Positions 16,690 to 26,411 of a DNA stretch of 32,575 nt are shown here, in pieces. A program made the translations under genes and the position numbers. How positions within the stretch are numbered: the first letter of the stretch is position 1; every line of letters starts with the position of its first letter. The stretch lies in the IMG/VR virus record IMGVR_UViG_2711768076_000008; one strand, written 5' to 3'. Under the pieces are notes generated by a model, which was not told the DNA's origin, ran no database searches, and worked only from the letters and a program-made list of their open reading frames with translations. The stretch is from a virus. Lineage: Duplodnaviria > Heunggongvirae > Uroviricota > Caudoviricetes.

Positions 16690-18197
16690 TGGCAATTCTT
16701 GATGATGTGATTGGCGTTTTTTCACCTGGATGGAAAGCGGCAAGGCTGCGTTCCCGTGCGGTGATCCAGGCTTATGAAGCCGTAAAAACGACGCGGACAC
16801 ACAAAGCCCGACGGGAGAACCGAACTGCCGACCAGCTAAGCCAGTACGGGGCCGTGTCGTTACGTGAGCAGGCCCGTTACCTTGATAACAACCACGATCT
16901 GGTTATTGGTGTATTTGACAAGCTGGAAGAACGGGTGGTGGGGAAAAACGGGATTATTGTCGAGCCACATCCGGTATTACGCAATGGGGCCATTGCCCGT
17001 GATCTGGCAGCGGAGATTCGCACCCGATGGAGTGAATGGTCTGTCAGCCCGGAAGTCACCGGGCAGTTTACCCGTCCGATGCTGGAACGTCTGATGCTGC
17101 GTACCTGGCTGCGCGATGGTGAGGTGTTTGCCCAGATGGTTTCCGGGCGCATAAACAGCCTGACGCCTTCTGCCGGTGTTCATTTCTGGCTGGAGGCGCT
17201 CGAGCCGGACTTTATTCCCATGACCAGTGATGAGAGCAACAGGCTGAATCAGGGCGTGTTTGTTGATGACTGGGGGCGTCCCGAAAAATATCTGGTGTAT
17301 AAAAGCCGTCCCGTATCCGGACGGCAGATGGAAACCAAAGAAGTGGATGCAGAGCGAATGCTGCATCTTAAATTTGTTCGCCGTCTGCACCAGATGCGCG
17401 GGACGTCTTTGTTGTCCGGTGTGCTGATCCGCCTCAGTGCCCTGAAAGAGTATGAGGATTCTGAGCTGACTGCAGCAAGGATCGCCGCTGCTCTGGGGAT
17501 GTACATCCGGAAAGGCGACGGGCAGAGCTATGAACCGGATGGTAATGGCAGCAAGGATAAGGAACGCGAGCTTACCATTCAGCCAGGCATTATTTACGAC
17601 GATCTGAAACCCGGCGAAGAAATCGGAATGGTGAAGTCGGATCGCCCCAATCCTAACCTTGAAACTTTTCGTAATGGTCAGTTGCGTGCCGTGGCGGCGG
17701 GCAGTCGTCTGAGTTTTTCCAGTACAGCGCGCAACTATAACGGCACTTACAGCGCCCAGCGTCAGGAGCTGGTTGAATCCACTGATGGCTACCTGATCCT
17801 GCAGGACTGGTTTATTGGTGCCGTCACCCGCCCGATGTATCGTGCCTGGCTGAAACAGGCTGTGGCATCCGGTGTTATCAGGCTACCCCGCGATCTTGAC
17901 CGTTCTTCACTGTATACCGCGGTGTATTCCGGACCGGTGATGCCGTGGATTGACCCTGTTAAGGAGGCTGAGGCCTGGAAAATTCAGATTCGTGGTGGAG
18001 CAGCGACAGAATCAGACTGGGTACGTGCAGGTGGTCGTAATCCGGATGATGTCAAACGTCGGCGCAAGGCCGAAATTGATGAAAACCGCAAGCTGGATCT
18101 GGTATTTGATACCGATCCGGCCAGTGATAAAGGAGGCAGCAGTGCCGCAACGAAACGACAGGAGCCGCAGCACACCGACGACCAGTCCGAAGAATAA
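16689..18197 (+). CDS. portal protein
   Basis: 502 aa ORF in the lambda gpB position between W and the protease; the start overlaps the W stop (TGATG). Confidence 0.75.
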   Translation: MAILDDVIGVFSPGWKAARLRSRAVIQAYEAVKTTRTHKARRENRTADQLSQYGAVSLREQARYLDNNHDLVIGVFDKLEERVVGKNGIIVEPHPVLRNGAIARDLAAEIRTRWSEWSVSPEVTGQFTRPMLERLMLRTWLRDGEVFAQMVSGRINSLTPSAGVHFWLEALEPDFIPMTSDESNRLNQGVFVDDWGRPEKYLVYKSRPVSGRQMETKEVDAERMLHLKFVRRLHQMRGTSLLSGVLIRLSALKEYEDSELTAARIAAALGMYIRKGDGQSYEPDGNGSKDKERELTIQPGIIYDDLKPGEEIGMVKSDRPNPNLETFRNGQLRAVAAGSRLSFSSTARNYNGTYSAQRQELVESTDGYLILQDWFIGAVTRPMYRAWLKQAVASGVIRLPRDLDRSSLYTAVYSGPVMPWIDPVKEAEAWKIQIRGGAATESDWVRAGGRNPDDVKRRRKAEIDENRKLDLVFDTDPASDKGGSSAATKRQEPQHTDDQSEE

Positions 18198-18210
18198 TTC
18201 CTGGTTCAGG

Positions 18211-20169
18211 ATGCAGGCTGGTCACCAGAGTGACGCGGATATTTATATTTATGACGAGATTGGTTTCTGGGGGGTTACAGCGAAGCAGTTTATCAGTGAT
18301 CTGAATGCACTGGGCGATATCACTCACATTAATCTCCATATCAATTCACCGGGTGGCGATGTCTTTGAAGGCATCGCCATTTTTAATGCGCTGAAAACAC
18401 ATGGTGCGTCCATTACCGTTTATGTCGACGGTGTGGCGGCGTCAATGGCGTCGGTCATTGCGATGGTGGGAAACCCGGTCATTATGCCGGAAAACACCTT
18501 CATGATGATTCATAAACCATTTGGCTTTACGGGCGGTGATGCGGAGGACATGCGCACCTATGCCGACCTGCTCGATAAGGTTGAGGCGGTTCTGTTACCC
18601 GCTTATGCACAGAAAACCGGGAAAACCACCGATGAAATTGCTGTCATGCTGGCGGATGAGACCTGGATGTCCGGTGCCGAATGTCTGGCACATGGATTTG
18701 CTGATCAGGTGACGCCAGCCGTTAAGGCAATGGCATGTATTCAGTCAAAACGTACAGAGGAATTTAAAAAGATGCCGGAATCCATTCGAAACATGATTAC
18801 TCCGCCACGCAACAGTGCTCCACGCGTACAGGATGATGAACCTGCTGCCTCCCGGACGCCAGTGCAGGCAGCAGCACCCGTGGTGGATGAAAACAGTATC
18901 CGTGCGCAGGTACTGGCAGAGCAAAAAGCGCGTGTAAACGGTATTAATGATCTGTTTGCCATGTTTGGCGGGCGTTATCAGACGCTGCAGGCTCAGTGTC
19001 TTGCCGATCCTGAATGTTCGCTGGAGCAGGCCCGCGAAAAGCTGTTGAACGAGATGGGGCGCGAGTCCACGCCATCCAATAAAAATACCCCGGCTCATAT
19101 TTATGCCGGTAACGGTAATTTTGTGGGGGACGGGATCCGCCAGGCGCTGATGGCGCGTGCCGGATTTGAAAAAACCGAACGTGATAATGTCTACAACGGG
19201 ATGACCCTGCGTGAATATGCCCGTATGTCACTGACTGAACGGGGTATTGGGGTTTCCAGTTATAACCCGATGCAGATGGTCGGTGCGGCGTTCACACACA
19301 GTATGTCTGACTTCGGTAATATTCTGCTGGATGTTGCGAACAAAGCCATTCTGCAGGGCTGGGAAGATGCCCCTGAAACCTATGAACAGTGGACGCGGAA
19401 AGGTCAGTTGTCTGATTTTAAAATTGCCCATCGTGTGGGTATGGGGGGCTTCAGTGCTCTGCGTCAGGTGCGTGAAGGGGCGGAATATAAATACGTCACC
19501 ACCGGAGATAAACAGGCCACTATTGCACTGGCGACCTATGGCGAGCTGTTCAGTATCACCCGTCAGGCCATTATCAATGATGATCTGAATATGCTGACCG
19601 ATGTCCCGATGAAACTGGGCCGTGCGGCGAAATCCACTATTGCCGATCTGGTTTATGCCATTCTGACGTCTAACCCGAAAATCTCCACAGATAATGTAAG
19701 TCTGTTCGATAAAGCGAAACATGCAAACGTACTGGAGAGCGCTGCAATGGACGTGGCATCGCTGGATAAAGCCCGCCAGTTGATGCGCGTTCAGAAAGAG
19801 GGGGAGCGTCATCTGAATATTCGTCCTGCGTTCGTACTGGTACCGACGGCGATGGAGTCTGTTGCTAACCAGGTCATTCGCTCCTCAAGTGTCAAGGGGG
19901 CTGACATTAACGCCGGTATTATTAACCCGGTGAAAGATTTTGCGACCGTTATTGCAGAGCCTCGTCTTGATGATAACAGCCAGACCACCTTCTACCTGGC
20001 TGCGTCAAAAGGCTCCGATACGATTGAAGTGGCTTATCTCAACGGTGTGGATACGCCATATATTGATCAGATGGAGGGCTTCAGTGTGGATGGCGTGACA
20101 ACGAAAGTGCGTATTGACGCCGGTGTCGCGCCAGTTGATCACCGCGGTCTGGTGAAATGTACGGCGTAA
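18211..20169 (+). CDS. ClpP-type prohead protease fused in one frame to scaffold-like linker and major capsid protein
   Basis: N-terminal region with the ClpP-like signature (IYIYDEIGFWGV ... INSPGGDVFEG ... ASMASVI); an Ala/Gln-rich linker; a C-terminal region of about 350 aa in the major-capsid position. Start taken at the first ATG after the portal stop. Confidence 0.7.
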   Translation: MQAGHQSDADIYIYDEIGFWGVTAKQFISDLNALGDITHINLHINSPGGDVFEGIAIFNALKTHGASITVYVDGVAASMASVIAMVGNPVIMPENTFMMIHKPFGFTGGDAEDMRTYADLLDKVEAVLLPAYAQKTGKTTDEIAVMLADETWMSGAECLAHGFADQVTPAVKAMACIQSKRTEEFKKMPESIRNMITPPRNSAPRVQDDEPAASRTPVQAAAPVVDENSIRAQVLAEQKARVNGINDLFAMFGGRYQTLQAQCLADPECSLEQAREKLLNEMGRESTPSNKNTPAHIYAGNGNFVGDGIRQALMARAGFEKTERDNVYNGMTLREYARMSLTERGIGVSSYNPMQMVGAAFTHSMSDFGNILLDVANKAILQGWEDAPETYEQWTRKGQLSDFKIAHRVGMGGFSALRQVREGAEYKYVTTGDKQATIALATYGELFSITRQAIINDDLNMLTDVPMKLGRAAKSTIADLVYAILTSNPKISTDNVSLFDKAKHANVLESAAMDVASLDKARQLMRVQKEGERHLNIRPAFVLVPTAMESVANQVIRSSSVKGADINAGIINPVKDFATVIAEPRLDDNSQTTFYLAASKGSDTIEVAYLNGVDTPYIDQMEGFSVDGVTTKVRIDAGVAPVDHRGLVKCTA

Positions 20170-20192
20170 ACGTCGCAGACAACAACTCTGAT

Positions 20193-20212
20193 GGCCCGTA
20201 AGGGCTTTTTTT
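20193..20212 (+). terminator. weak intrinsic terminator after the capsid gene
   Basis: GGCCC-GTAA-GGGC followed by a run of seven T. Confidence 0.45.
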
Positions 20213-20255
20213 GTACCTGAAATCAGCCCCTGAACGGGGCTGTGCGGAGACAGTT

Positions 20256-20579
20256 ATGGCAAAGAATTTTGTAGAAGAAGGAAAAACGGTGGCGATTGTT
20301 GCCAGTGCAGCCATCAGCAGCGGAGATCTGGTGCAGGTGGGCGATGTTTTTGCGGTGGCGCTGACCGATATTCCACAGGGTGAAACAGGCGACGGCATGA
20401 CCGAAGGTGTGTTTATGCTGCCTAAGCTGAAAACGGATGACATGAAAACGGGTAAGAAGGTTTATCTGAAGTCAGGAAAAGTTCAGCTGACTAACAGCGG
20501 CTCTGATCCGCTGGTCGGGGTTGTCTGGGCAGATGCCGGAACCAGTGCAGAAGAAGTGCCGGTAAAACTCAATGTCTGA
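20256..20579 (+). CDS. putative head decoration or head-completion protein (107 aa)
   Basis: GGAGA SD upstream of the ATG at 20256; sits between capsid and head-tail joining genes. Family not verified. Confidence 0.45.
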   Translation: MAKNFVEEGKTVAIVASAAISSGDLVQVGDVFAVALTDIPQGETGDGMTEGVFMLPKLKTDDMKTGKKVYLKSGKVQLTNSGSDPLVGVVWADAGTSAEEVPVKLNV

Positions 20580-20847
20580 TCCCTTTTCCCGGCTGGCAGC
20601 GCGTATGGATGCTATCACGGTCAGAAAGATGGGAAAGACAGCCTCGATTAATGATGTCGATATGACTGTGATCCCGGGAGAAACACTGGCAGAGCTGAAT
20701 GCTCTGTCCGGACCTGCGGTCTCTCTGGTGGTGTTTTCTTCGGGATACCGCCCACGGCGCGGGGATCGCGTTGTTTATGACGGACAACAATGGACGGTCA
20801 CACGGCATGAACGCTTTAACGGTAAGCCAATGATCTTTATTGAGTAA
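20572..20847 (+). CDS. putative head-tail joining protein (FII-like)
   Basis: 91 aa ORF immediately upstream of the Z-like gene; overlaps the previous stop. Confidence 0.45.
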   Translation: MSDPFSRLAARMDAITVRKMGKTASINDVDMTVIPGETLAELNALSGPAVSLVVFSSGYRPRRGDRVVYDGQQWTVTRHERFNGKPMIFIE

Positions 20848-20858
20848 AGAGGTGTGGG

Positions 20859-21437
20859 ATGAAGGGGCTTGAGAATGCCATCCGCAATCTGAACAGCCTT
20901 GATACCCGTATGGTGCCACAGGCCAGCGCATGGGCGATAAACCGTGTGGCACAGAAAGCGGTCTCGGTTGCCACCCGGCAGGTTGCCGGGAATACCGTTG
21001 CGGGAGATAACCAGGTGAAAGGGATCCCCCTGAAACTGGTTCGTCAGCGTGTCCGGGTGTTTAAAGCCAGTCCGTCAGGAAAAATGACGGCCAGGATCCG
21101 CGTTAACCGGGGCAATCTGCCCGCCATTAAGCTGGGGACAGCCCGGGTCAGACTGACCCGGCGTGGTGGAAAACTGCAGTACCGTGGCAGTGTGCTGAAG
21201 GTGGGTAAATATCTTTTCCGGGATGCGTTTATTCAGCAACTGGCGAATGGTCGCTGGCATGTGATGCGGCGTATTGATGGCAAAAATCGTTACCCCATTG
21301 ATGTGGTGAAAATCCCTCTGTCCGGACCGCTGACACAGGCATTTGAAGATGCCCGCGACCGCATCATTGCTGCGGAAATGCCGAAACAGCTGGGGTATGC
21401 ACTGAAACAACAACTGAGGTTATGGCTGACCCGATGA
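20859..21437 (+). CDS. Z: minor tail protein Z-like
   Basis: 192 aa, the same length as lambda gpZ and in the same position before U. Confidence 0.65.
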   Translation: MKGLENAIRNLNSLDTRMVPQASAWAINRVAQKAVSVATRQVAGNTVAGDNQVKGIPLKLVRQRVRVFKASPSGKMTARIRVNRGNLPAIKLGTARVRLTRRGGKLQYRGSVLKVGKYLFRDAFIQQLANGRWHVMRRIDGKNRYPIDVVKIPLSGPLTQAFEDARDRIIAAEMPKQLGYALKQQLRLWLTR

Positions 21438-21835
21438 ACCGACATACACAAATCCGCCAGGTCGTACTGGCACGCCTTCGGGAACAGTGTGGAGACAGCG
21501 CCACGTTTTTTGACGGGCTTCCGGCATTTGTTGATGCGCAGGAACTGCCTGCCGTGGCGGTGTGGCTGAGTGATGCTCAGTACACCGGAAAAATGACGGA
21601 TGAAGATGACTGGCAGGCTGTTCTGCATATTGCTGTCTTCATCCGGGCACAGGCACCGGATTCAGAGCTGGATATGTGGATGGAGAGCACCATTTTCCCG
21701 GCCCTGAATGATGTATCGGCACTTTCCGGACTCATCGACACCCTGATCCCACTCGGTTTTAACTATCAACGTGATAATGAGATGGCCACCTGGGCGATGG
21801 CGGAAATCACGTACCAGATCACGTACACGAATTAA
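21422..21835 (+). CDS. U: tail terminator protein U
   Basis: ATFFDG...PAVAVWLSDAQYTG...WQAVLHIAVF...PDSELDMWMES...ITYQITY aligns with lambda gpU as I recall it. Confidence 0.85.
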   Translation: MADPMNRHTQIRQVVLARLREQCGDSATFFDGLPAFVDAQELPAVAVWLSDAQYTGKMTDEDDWQAVLHIAVFIRAQAPDSELDMWMESTIFPALNDVSALSGLIDTLIPLGFNYQRDNEMATWAMAEITYQITYTN

Positions 21836-21845
21836 GGAGGTGGTA

Positions 21846-22589
21846 ATGACCACGCCAAATCCACTGGCAAAGACGAAAGGTGCGGGGACGACGTTCTGGA
21901 TGTATACCGGCAACGGCGATGCGTTTGCGAACCCTTTGTCGGACACTGACTGGCTGCGTCTTGCGATGGTGAAGGATCTGCAACCTGGCGAAATGACCGC
22001 TGATGCAGAAGATGACACTTATCTCGATGATGAAGATGCAGACTGGAAAACGACAACCCAGGGGCAGAAATCCGTTGGTGATACTTCGGCGACGCTGGCC
22101 TGGCGTCCGGGTGACAGCGGGCAGAAAAAACTGGTTCAGTTGTTCGACTCCGGTGAAGTCTGCGCGTTTCGTATCAAATATCCCAACGGCACTGTTGATG
22201 TTTTCCGCGGCTGGCTGAGCTCACTGGGTAAAACCATTGCCTCAAAAGACGTGATGACCCGCACAGTGAAAATCAGCGGTGTGGGGCGTCCATATCTGGC
22301 AGAGGAGGGCACTGAAACTGTGGGCGTTACCGGGCTGACGGTGGCACCGGCATCCGCCAGTGTCAATGTGGGAGCAACCACCACGCTGACCTTTACAGTA
22401 AAACCTGACGGAGCCAGTGACAAAGCGATCAGTGTGCATTCGACAGATCCACAGACAGCCACTGTGACCCTGAACGGACTTGTGGCCACGGTGAAAGGCG
22501 TGAAGCAGGGCAGCGTCAGCATTGTGGGCATGACCGCTGACGGGAATTTTGTGGCTGTGGCTGCGGTGACTGTCAGCGCTGCAGGTTAA
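21846..22589 (+). CDS. V: major tail protein V (with C-terminal Ig-like domain)
   Basis: MTTPNPLAKTKGAGTTFWMYTGNGDAFANPLSDTDW... aligns with lambda gpV as I recall it; GGAGG SD. Confidence 0.9.
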   Translation: MTTPNPLAKTKGAGTTFWMYTGNGDAFANPLSDTDWLRLAMVKDLQPGEMTADAEDDTYLDDEDADWKTTTQGQKSVGDTSATLAWRPGDSGQKKLVQLFDSGEVCAFRIKYPNGTVDVFRGWLSSLGKTIASKDVMTRTVKISGVGRPYLAEEGTETVGVTGLTVAPASASVNVGATTTLTFTVKPDGASDKAISVHSTDPQTATVTLNGLVATVKGVKQGSVSIVGMTADGNFVAVAAVTVSAAG

Positions 22590-22610
22590 CAGGACGATAC
22601 TCATCATTTG

Positions 22611-22634
22611 CCCCGGTTATCCGGGGCTTTTTTG
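22611..22634 (+). terminator. intrinsic terminator-like hairpin after V
   Basis: CCCCGG-TTAT-CCGGGG followed by CTTTTTT. Confidence 0.55.
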
Positions 22635-22646
22635 CAGGTGGAGAAC

Positions 22647-23036
22647 ATGATGTTTCTGAAACAGGGCACGTTTAATTATGAAAAGCAGTCCGTGGTGCTC
22701 AGTGAGCTGTCCGGGCTGCAGAGAATTGAATATCTGGCGTTTGTTCAGCAGCGAACGGCAAAGTTTGATGCCGAAGAGGGAGAACTGCCGGAGGCTGAAC
22801 GACAGATTGCTTTTCTGCGGATGGGGATGGATATCAATGCCTGGCTGGTTTCCCGCTCACTGTGGAATGCGGAACAGTCTCAGGATGTTGAGACGCTTTG
22901 CGCATCCGTTATTACAACATGGTCGTATGATGCCCTGGGAGCGGGGGCGGAGATGGTTCTGTCGCTGAGCGGTATGGGAGCCATTGAGAATGCCGGGGAT
23001 TTGGAGCATGAGGTGCTGACGCCGGAAAAGTCCTGA
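22647..23036 (+). CDS. G: tail assembly chaperone G
   Basis: MMFLKQGTFNYEKQSVVLSELSGLQRIEYLAF... is similar to lambda gpG as I recall it. Confidence 0.8.
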   Translation: MMFLKQGTFNYEKQSVVLSELSGLQRIEYLAFVQQRTAKFDAEEGELPEAERQIAFLRMGMDINAWLVSRSLWNAEQSQDVETLCASVITTWSYDALGAGAEMVLSLSGMGAIENAGDLEHEVLTPEKS

Positions 23037-23044
23037 CGCGGGAA

Positions 23045-23374
23045 ATGCAGTTTGTCATGCGGCTTGCCCGGGAGTTCCGGCGGGCAGACTGGCGGCGGAT
23101 GCTGTCGGAAATGTCGGCCACTGAGCTTGGTGAGTGGGGCGATTATTTCCGGATGCAGAGCTTCAGTGATGTGTGGATGGATGCGCAGTTTGCCTCGCTG
23201 AAGGCATTGATCGTGAGAATGGTGTCCGGTAGCAGTGATGCTGCGGTGGCTGATTTCAGCCTTTTACCGGAAGAGAACGGGATACCGGAGCGAACGGACG
23301 AAGAACTGATGCATCTTGGGGAAGGTATTTCCGGAGGTGTGCGTTATGGACCAGATAGCCAACCTGGTCATTGA
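23045..23374 (+). CDS. T: tail assembly protein T frame (expressed as G-T fusion by -1 frameshift)
   Basis: ORF in the -1 frame relative to G, open from 23012; the putative slippery heptamer G GAA AAG at 23024-23030 lies just before the G stop. Confidence 0.65.
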   Translation: MQFVMRLAREFRRADWRRMLSEMSATELGEWGDYFRMQSFSDVWMDAQFASLKALIVRMVSGSSDAAVADFSLLPEENGIPERTDEELMHLGEGISGGVRYGPDSQPGH

Positions 23375-26300
23375 TTTGGGGATTGATGCGGCAGAGTTTA
23401 AAAATGAAATTCCCCGTATCAAAAACCTTCTGAATGGTGCAGCCAGCGATGCAGAACGGTCTTCTGCCCGTATGCAGCGTTTTATGGAGCGTCAGACTCA
23501 GGCCGCCCGGCAGACAATGCAGGCGGCTTCTTCGGCTGCAACAGCCGCATCCGTCCATGCGCAGACGGTGGAGAAGAGCGCACAGGCTCATGAACGCATG
23601 GCCCGCGAGGTGGAGCAAACCCGCCAGCGTATGGAGGCACTGAGCCAGAAAATGCGCGAGGAACAGGCGCAGGCCATGGCTCTGGCGGAGGCTCAGGATA
23701 AAGCAGCTGCTGCGTTTTATCGTCAGATTGACAGTGTGAAACAGGCCAGTGCGGGGCTGCAGGAATTACAGCGTATTCAGCAGCAGATCCGACAGGCCAG
23801 AAACAGTGGCGGGATTGGTCAGCAGGATTATCTGGCGCTGATTTCTGAGGTTACGGCGAAAACCCGTGTTCTTACGCAGGCTGAGGAAGAGTCTACCCGA
23901 CAGAAAGTGGCGTTTATCCGTCAGCTTAAAGAGCAGGCAACCCGCCAGAATCTTTCTTCTTCTGAGTTGCTTCGTGCCAGGGCTGCCCAGCTGGGGGTAA
24001 GCAGTGCTGCAGAAGTGTATATCCGCAAAATGGAGCAGGCAGGAAAAGCCACGCATTCGCTGGGTCTGAAAAGTGCAGCAGCCCGCCAGGAGATAGGCGT
24101 TCTGATAGGTGAACTGGCCCGTGGCAATTTAGGAGCGCTGAGGGGATCCGGGATAACGCTGGCTAACCGTGCCGGATGGATAGACACACTGATGTCACCG
24201 AAAGGCATGATGCCAGGCGCGGTTATTGGCGGTATTGCCGCGGCCGTCTATGGTCTGGGTAAAGCCTGGTATGACGGTCAGAAGGAGGGGGAAGAATTTA
24301 ACCGCCAGCTGTCGCTGACGGGGCATTATGCCGGAGTCACTGCCGGGCAGCTGTGGACGCTCAGTCGTGCTATTTCCGGGAATGGTATCACGCAACATGC
24401 TGCAGCCGGTGCGCTGGCTCAGGTGGTGGGGAGTGGTGCATTTCGTGGAAACGATATCGGTATGGTGGCGAGAGCTGCCGCACAGATGGAGCGATCGGTT
24501 GGCCAGTCGGTCAGCGATACCATAAATCAGTTTAAGCGGCTGAAGGATGATCCTGTAAATGCCGCGAAGGCTCTGGACAATGAGCTGCATTTTCTTACTG
24601 CCACTCAGCTTGAGCAGATACGCGTCCTTGGGGAGCAGGGGCGGTCCAGTGATGCTGCACGGATAGCCATGTCTGCACTGGCAGAGGAAACCGGTCGGCG
24701 TACTGCGGATATTGATAATAACCTCAATGCGCTTGGCAGTACGCTGAAGTATCTGTCTGATTTATGGAGTCGTTTCTGGGATGCGGCCATGAATATTGGT
24801 CGTGAAGACTCGCTGGATGAACAGATTGCCGCTTTACAGGAGAAAGTGTCGCGGGCGAAAAGACTCCCCTGGACGGCATCATCTTCTCAGGTTGAATACG
24901 ATCAGCAGCGTCTTAACGATCTTCAGGAGAAAAAACGCCAGAAGGATTTGCAGGATGCAAAAGAGCAGGCAGAGCGGAATTATCAGGAGCAACAGAAACG
25001 CCGTAATGCTGAAAATGCTGCACTGAACCGGATGAATGAAACGGAAGCAGCACGACATCAGCGTGAAATAGCGCGTATTAATGCCATGCAGTACGCCGAT
25101 CAGGCTGTCAGGGATGCGGCGATACAACGTGAAAATGAACGTTACGAGAAAGCCCTGGCATCCGGTAAGAAAAAAACACGCGAAACCCGTAATGATGAGG
25201 CCACCCGGTTATTGCTGCAGTACAGTCAGCAACAGGCACAGGTGGAAGGACAGATTGCTGCTGCCAGACAGTCAGCAGGCATTGCCACGGAAAGGATGAC
25301 AGAAGCGCATAAACAGCTTCTGGCTCTGCAGCAGCGCATCAGCGACCTGGACGGGAAAAAACTGACGGCAGATGAAAAGAGTGTGCTGGCCCGTAAAGAT
25401 GAACTGATTCAGGCACTGACGCTGCTGGATGTAAAACAGCAGGAGCTTCAGAAACAGACGGCACTCAACGAGCTGAAGAAAAAAACAATTCAGCTGACCA
25501 GTCAACTGGCTGAAGAAGAGCGCGCTCAGCGTCAGCAACATGACCTGGATATCGCCACGGTGGGTATGGGTGATCAGCAGCGACAGCGATATCAGGTACA
25601 ACTGAGTCTTCGCCAGAAATACCAGCAACAGCTGGAGCAGTTGAGGCGGGATAGTGAGCAGAAAGGGACATATAACACGGATGACTACAGAAAGGCCGAG
25701 CAGGCGCTGACGGAGAGCCTGAACCGACAACTGAATGAGAATCGCCGTTACTGGCAACAGCTTGAAGTTGTACAGGGTAACTGGAAAAACGGAGTCCTGC
25801 GTGCATTTCAGGATTTTACCGTGGATGCAGATAATACGGCAGAAACAGCAGAACAGGTGTTCTCGTCAGCCTTCAGCAACATGGGAAATGGCCTGGCAAC
25901 TTTTGTCACTACCGGCAAACTCAATTTCAAATCCTTCACCTCTTCGGTGCTGTCAGATATGGCGAAAATCCTGGCGCAGGCAACCATGATGAAATCGATA
26001 AAAGGGATTGGCAGTGTACTGGGATTTGATCTCAGCAGCCTTTCCCTGAATGCCAATGGGGGGATTTATCAGTCTGCTGATTTGAGTCGTTACAGTGGCA
26101 CGGTGGTTAACCGTCCGACGTTTTTTGCTTTTGCAAAAGGCGCGGGTGTGATGGGGGAAGCGGGACCTGAAGCCATTCTGCCATTGCGTCGTGGTGCTGA
26201 CGGTAAGCTGGGGGTTGTGGCGGATATTGGGGGTTCAGGTATGGCGATGTTTTCCCCGCAGTACAACATCGAGATCAATAACGATGGCACGAACGGGCAG

Positions 26301-26411
26301 ATAGGTCCGGCTGCCCTGAAGGCGGTTTATGACCTCGGGAAAAAAGCGGCAGCGGACTTTATGCAACAGCAGGCCCGTGATGGTGGTCGGTTAAGTGGAG
26401 CATATCGGTAA
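23346..26411 (+). CDS. H: tail tape measure protein H
   Basis: 1021 aa, Ala/Gln-rich coiled-coil sequence in the lambda gpH position; GGAGG SD. Confidence 0.9.
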   Translation: MDQIANLVIDLGIDAAEFKNEIPRIKNLLNGAASDAERSSARMQRFMERQTQAARQTMQAASSAATAASVHAQTVEKSAQAHERMAREVEQTRQRMEALSQKMREEQAQAMALAEAQDKAAAAFYRQIDSVKQASAGLQELQRIQQQIRQARNSGGIGQQDYLALISEVTAKTRVLTQAEEESTRQKVAFIRQLKEQATRQNLSSSELLRARAAQLGVSSAAEVYIRKMEQAGKATHSLGLKSAAARQEIGVLIGELARGNLGALRGSGITLANRAGWIDTLMSPKGMMPGAVIGGIAAAVYGLGKAWYDGQKEGEEFNRQLSLTGHYAGVTAGQLWTLSRAISGNGITQHAAAGALAQVVGSGAFRGNDIGMVARAAAQMERSVGQSVSDTINQFKRLKDDPVNAAKALDNELHFLTATQLEQIRVLGEQGRSSDAARIAMSALAEETGRRTADIDNNLNALGSTLKYLSDLWSRFWDAAMNIGREDSLDEQIAALQEKVSRAKRLPWTASSSQVEYDQQRLNDLQEKKRQKDLQDAKEQAERNYQEQQKRRNAENAALNRMNETEAARHQREIARINAMQYADQAVRDAAIQRENERYEKALASGKKKTRETRNDEATRLLLQYSQQQAQVEGQIAAARQSAGIATERMTEAHKQLLALQQRISDLDGKKLTADEKSVLARKDELIQALTLLDVKQQELQKQTALNELKKKTIQLTSQLAEEERAQRQQHDLDIATVGMGDQQRQRYQVQLSLRQKYQQQLEQLRRDSEQKGTYNTDDYRKAEQALTESLNRQLNENRRYWQQLEVVQGNWKNGVLRAFQDFTVDADNTAETAEQVFSSAFSNMGNGLATFVTTGKLNFKSFTSSVLSDMAKILAQATMMKSIKGIGSVLGFDLSSLSLNANGGIYQSADLSRYSGTVVNRPTFFAFAKGAGVMGEAGPEAILPLRRGADGKLGVVADIGGSGMAMFSPQYNIEINNDGTNGQIGPAALKAVYDLGKKAAADFMQQQARDGGRLSGAYR

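Noticed and set aside
16977-17390. 137-aa minus-strand ORF and other antisense ORFs inside the portal, capsid and tape-measure genes
   Set aside because: Embedded antisense to long well-supported structural genes; the translations lack plausible composition.
17950-18210. N-terminal 87 codons of the 739-aa track ORF
   Set aside because: Overlaps the 3' end of the portal gene in another frame; the first ATG after the portal stop (18211) gives a protein beginning just before the protease motifs.
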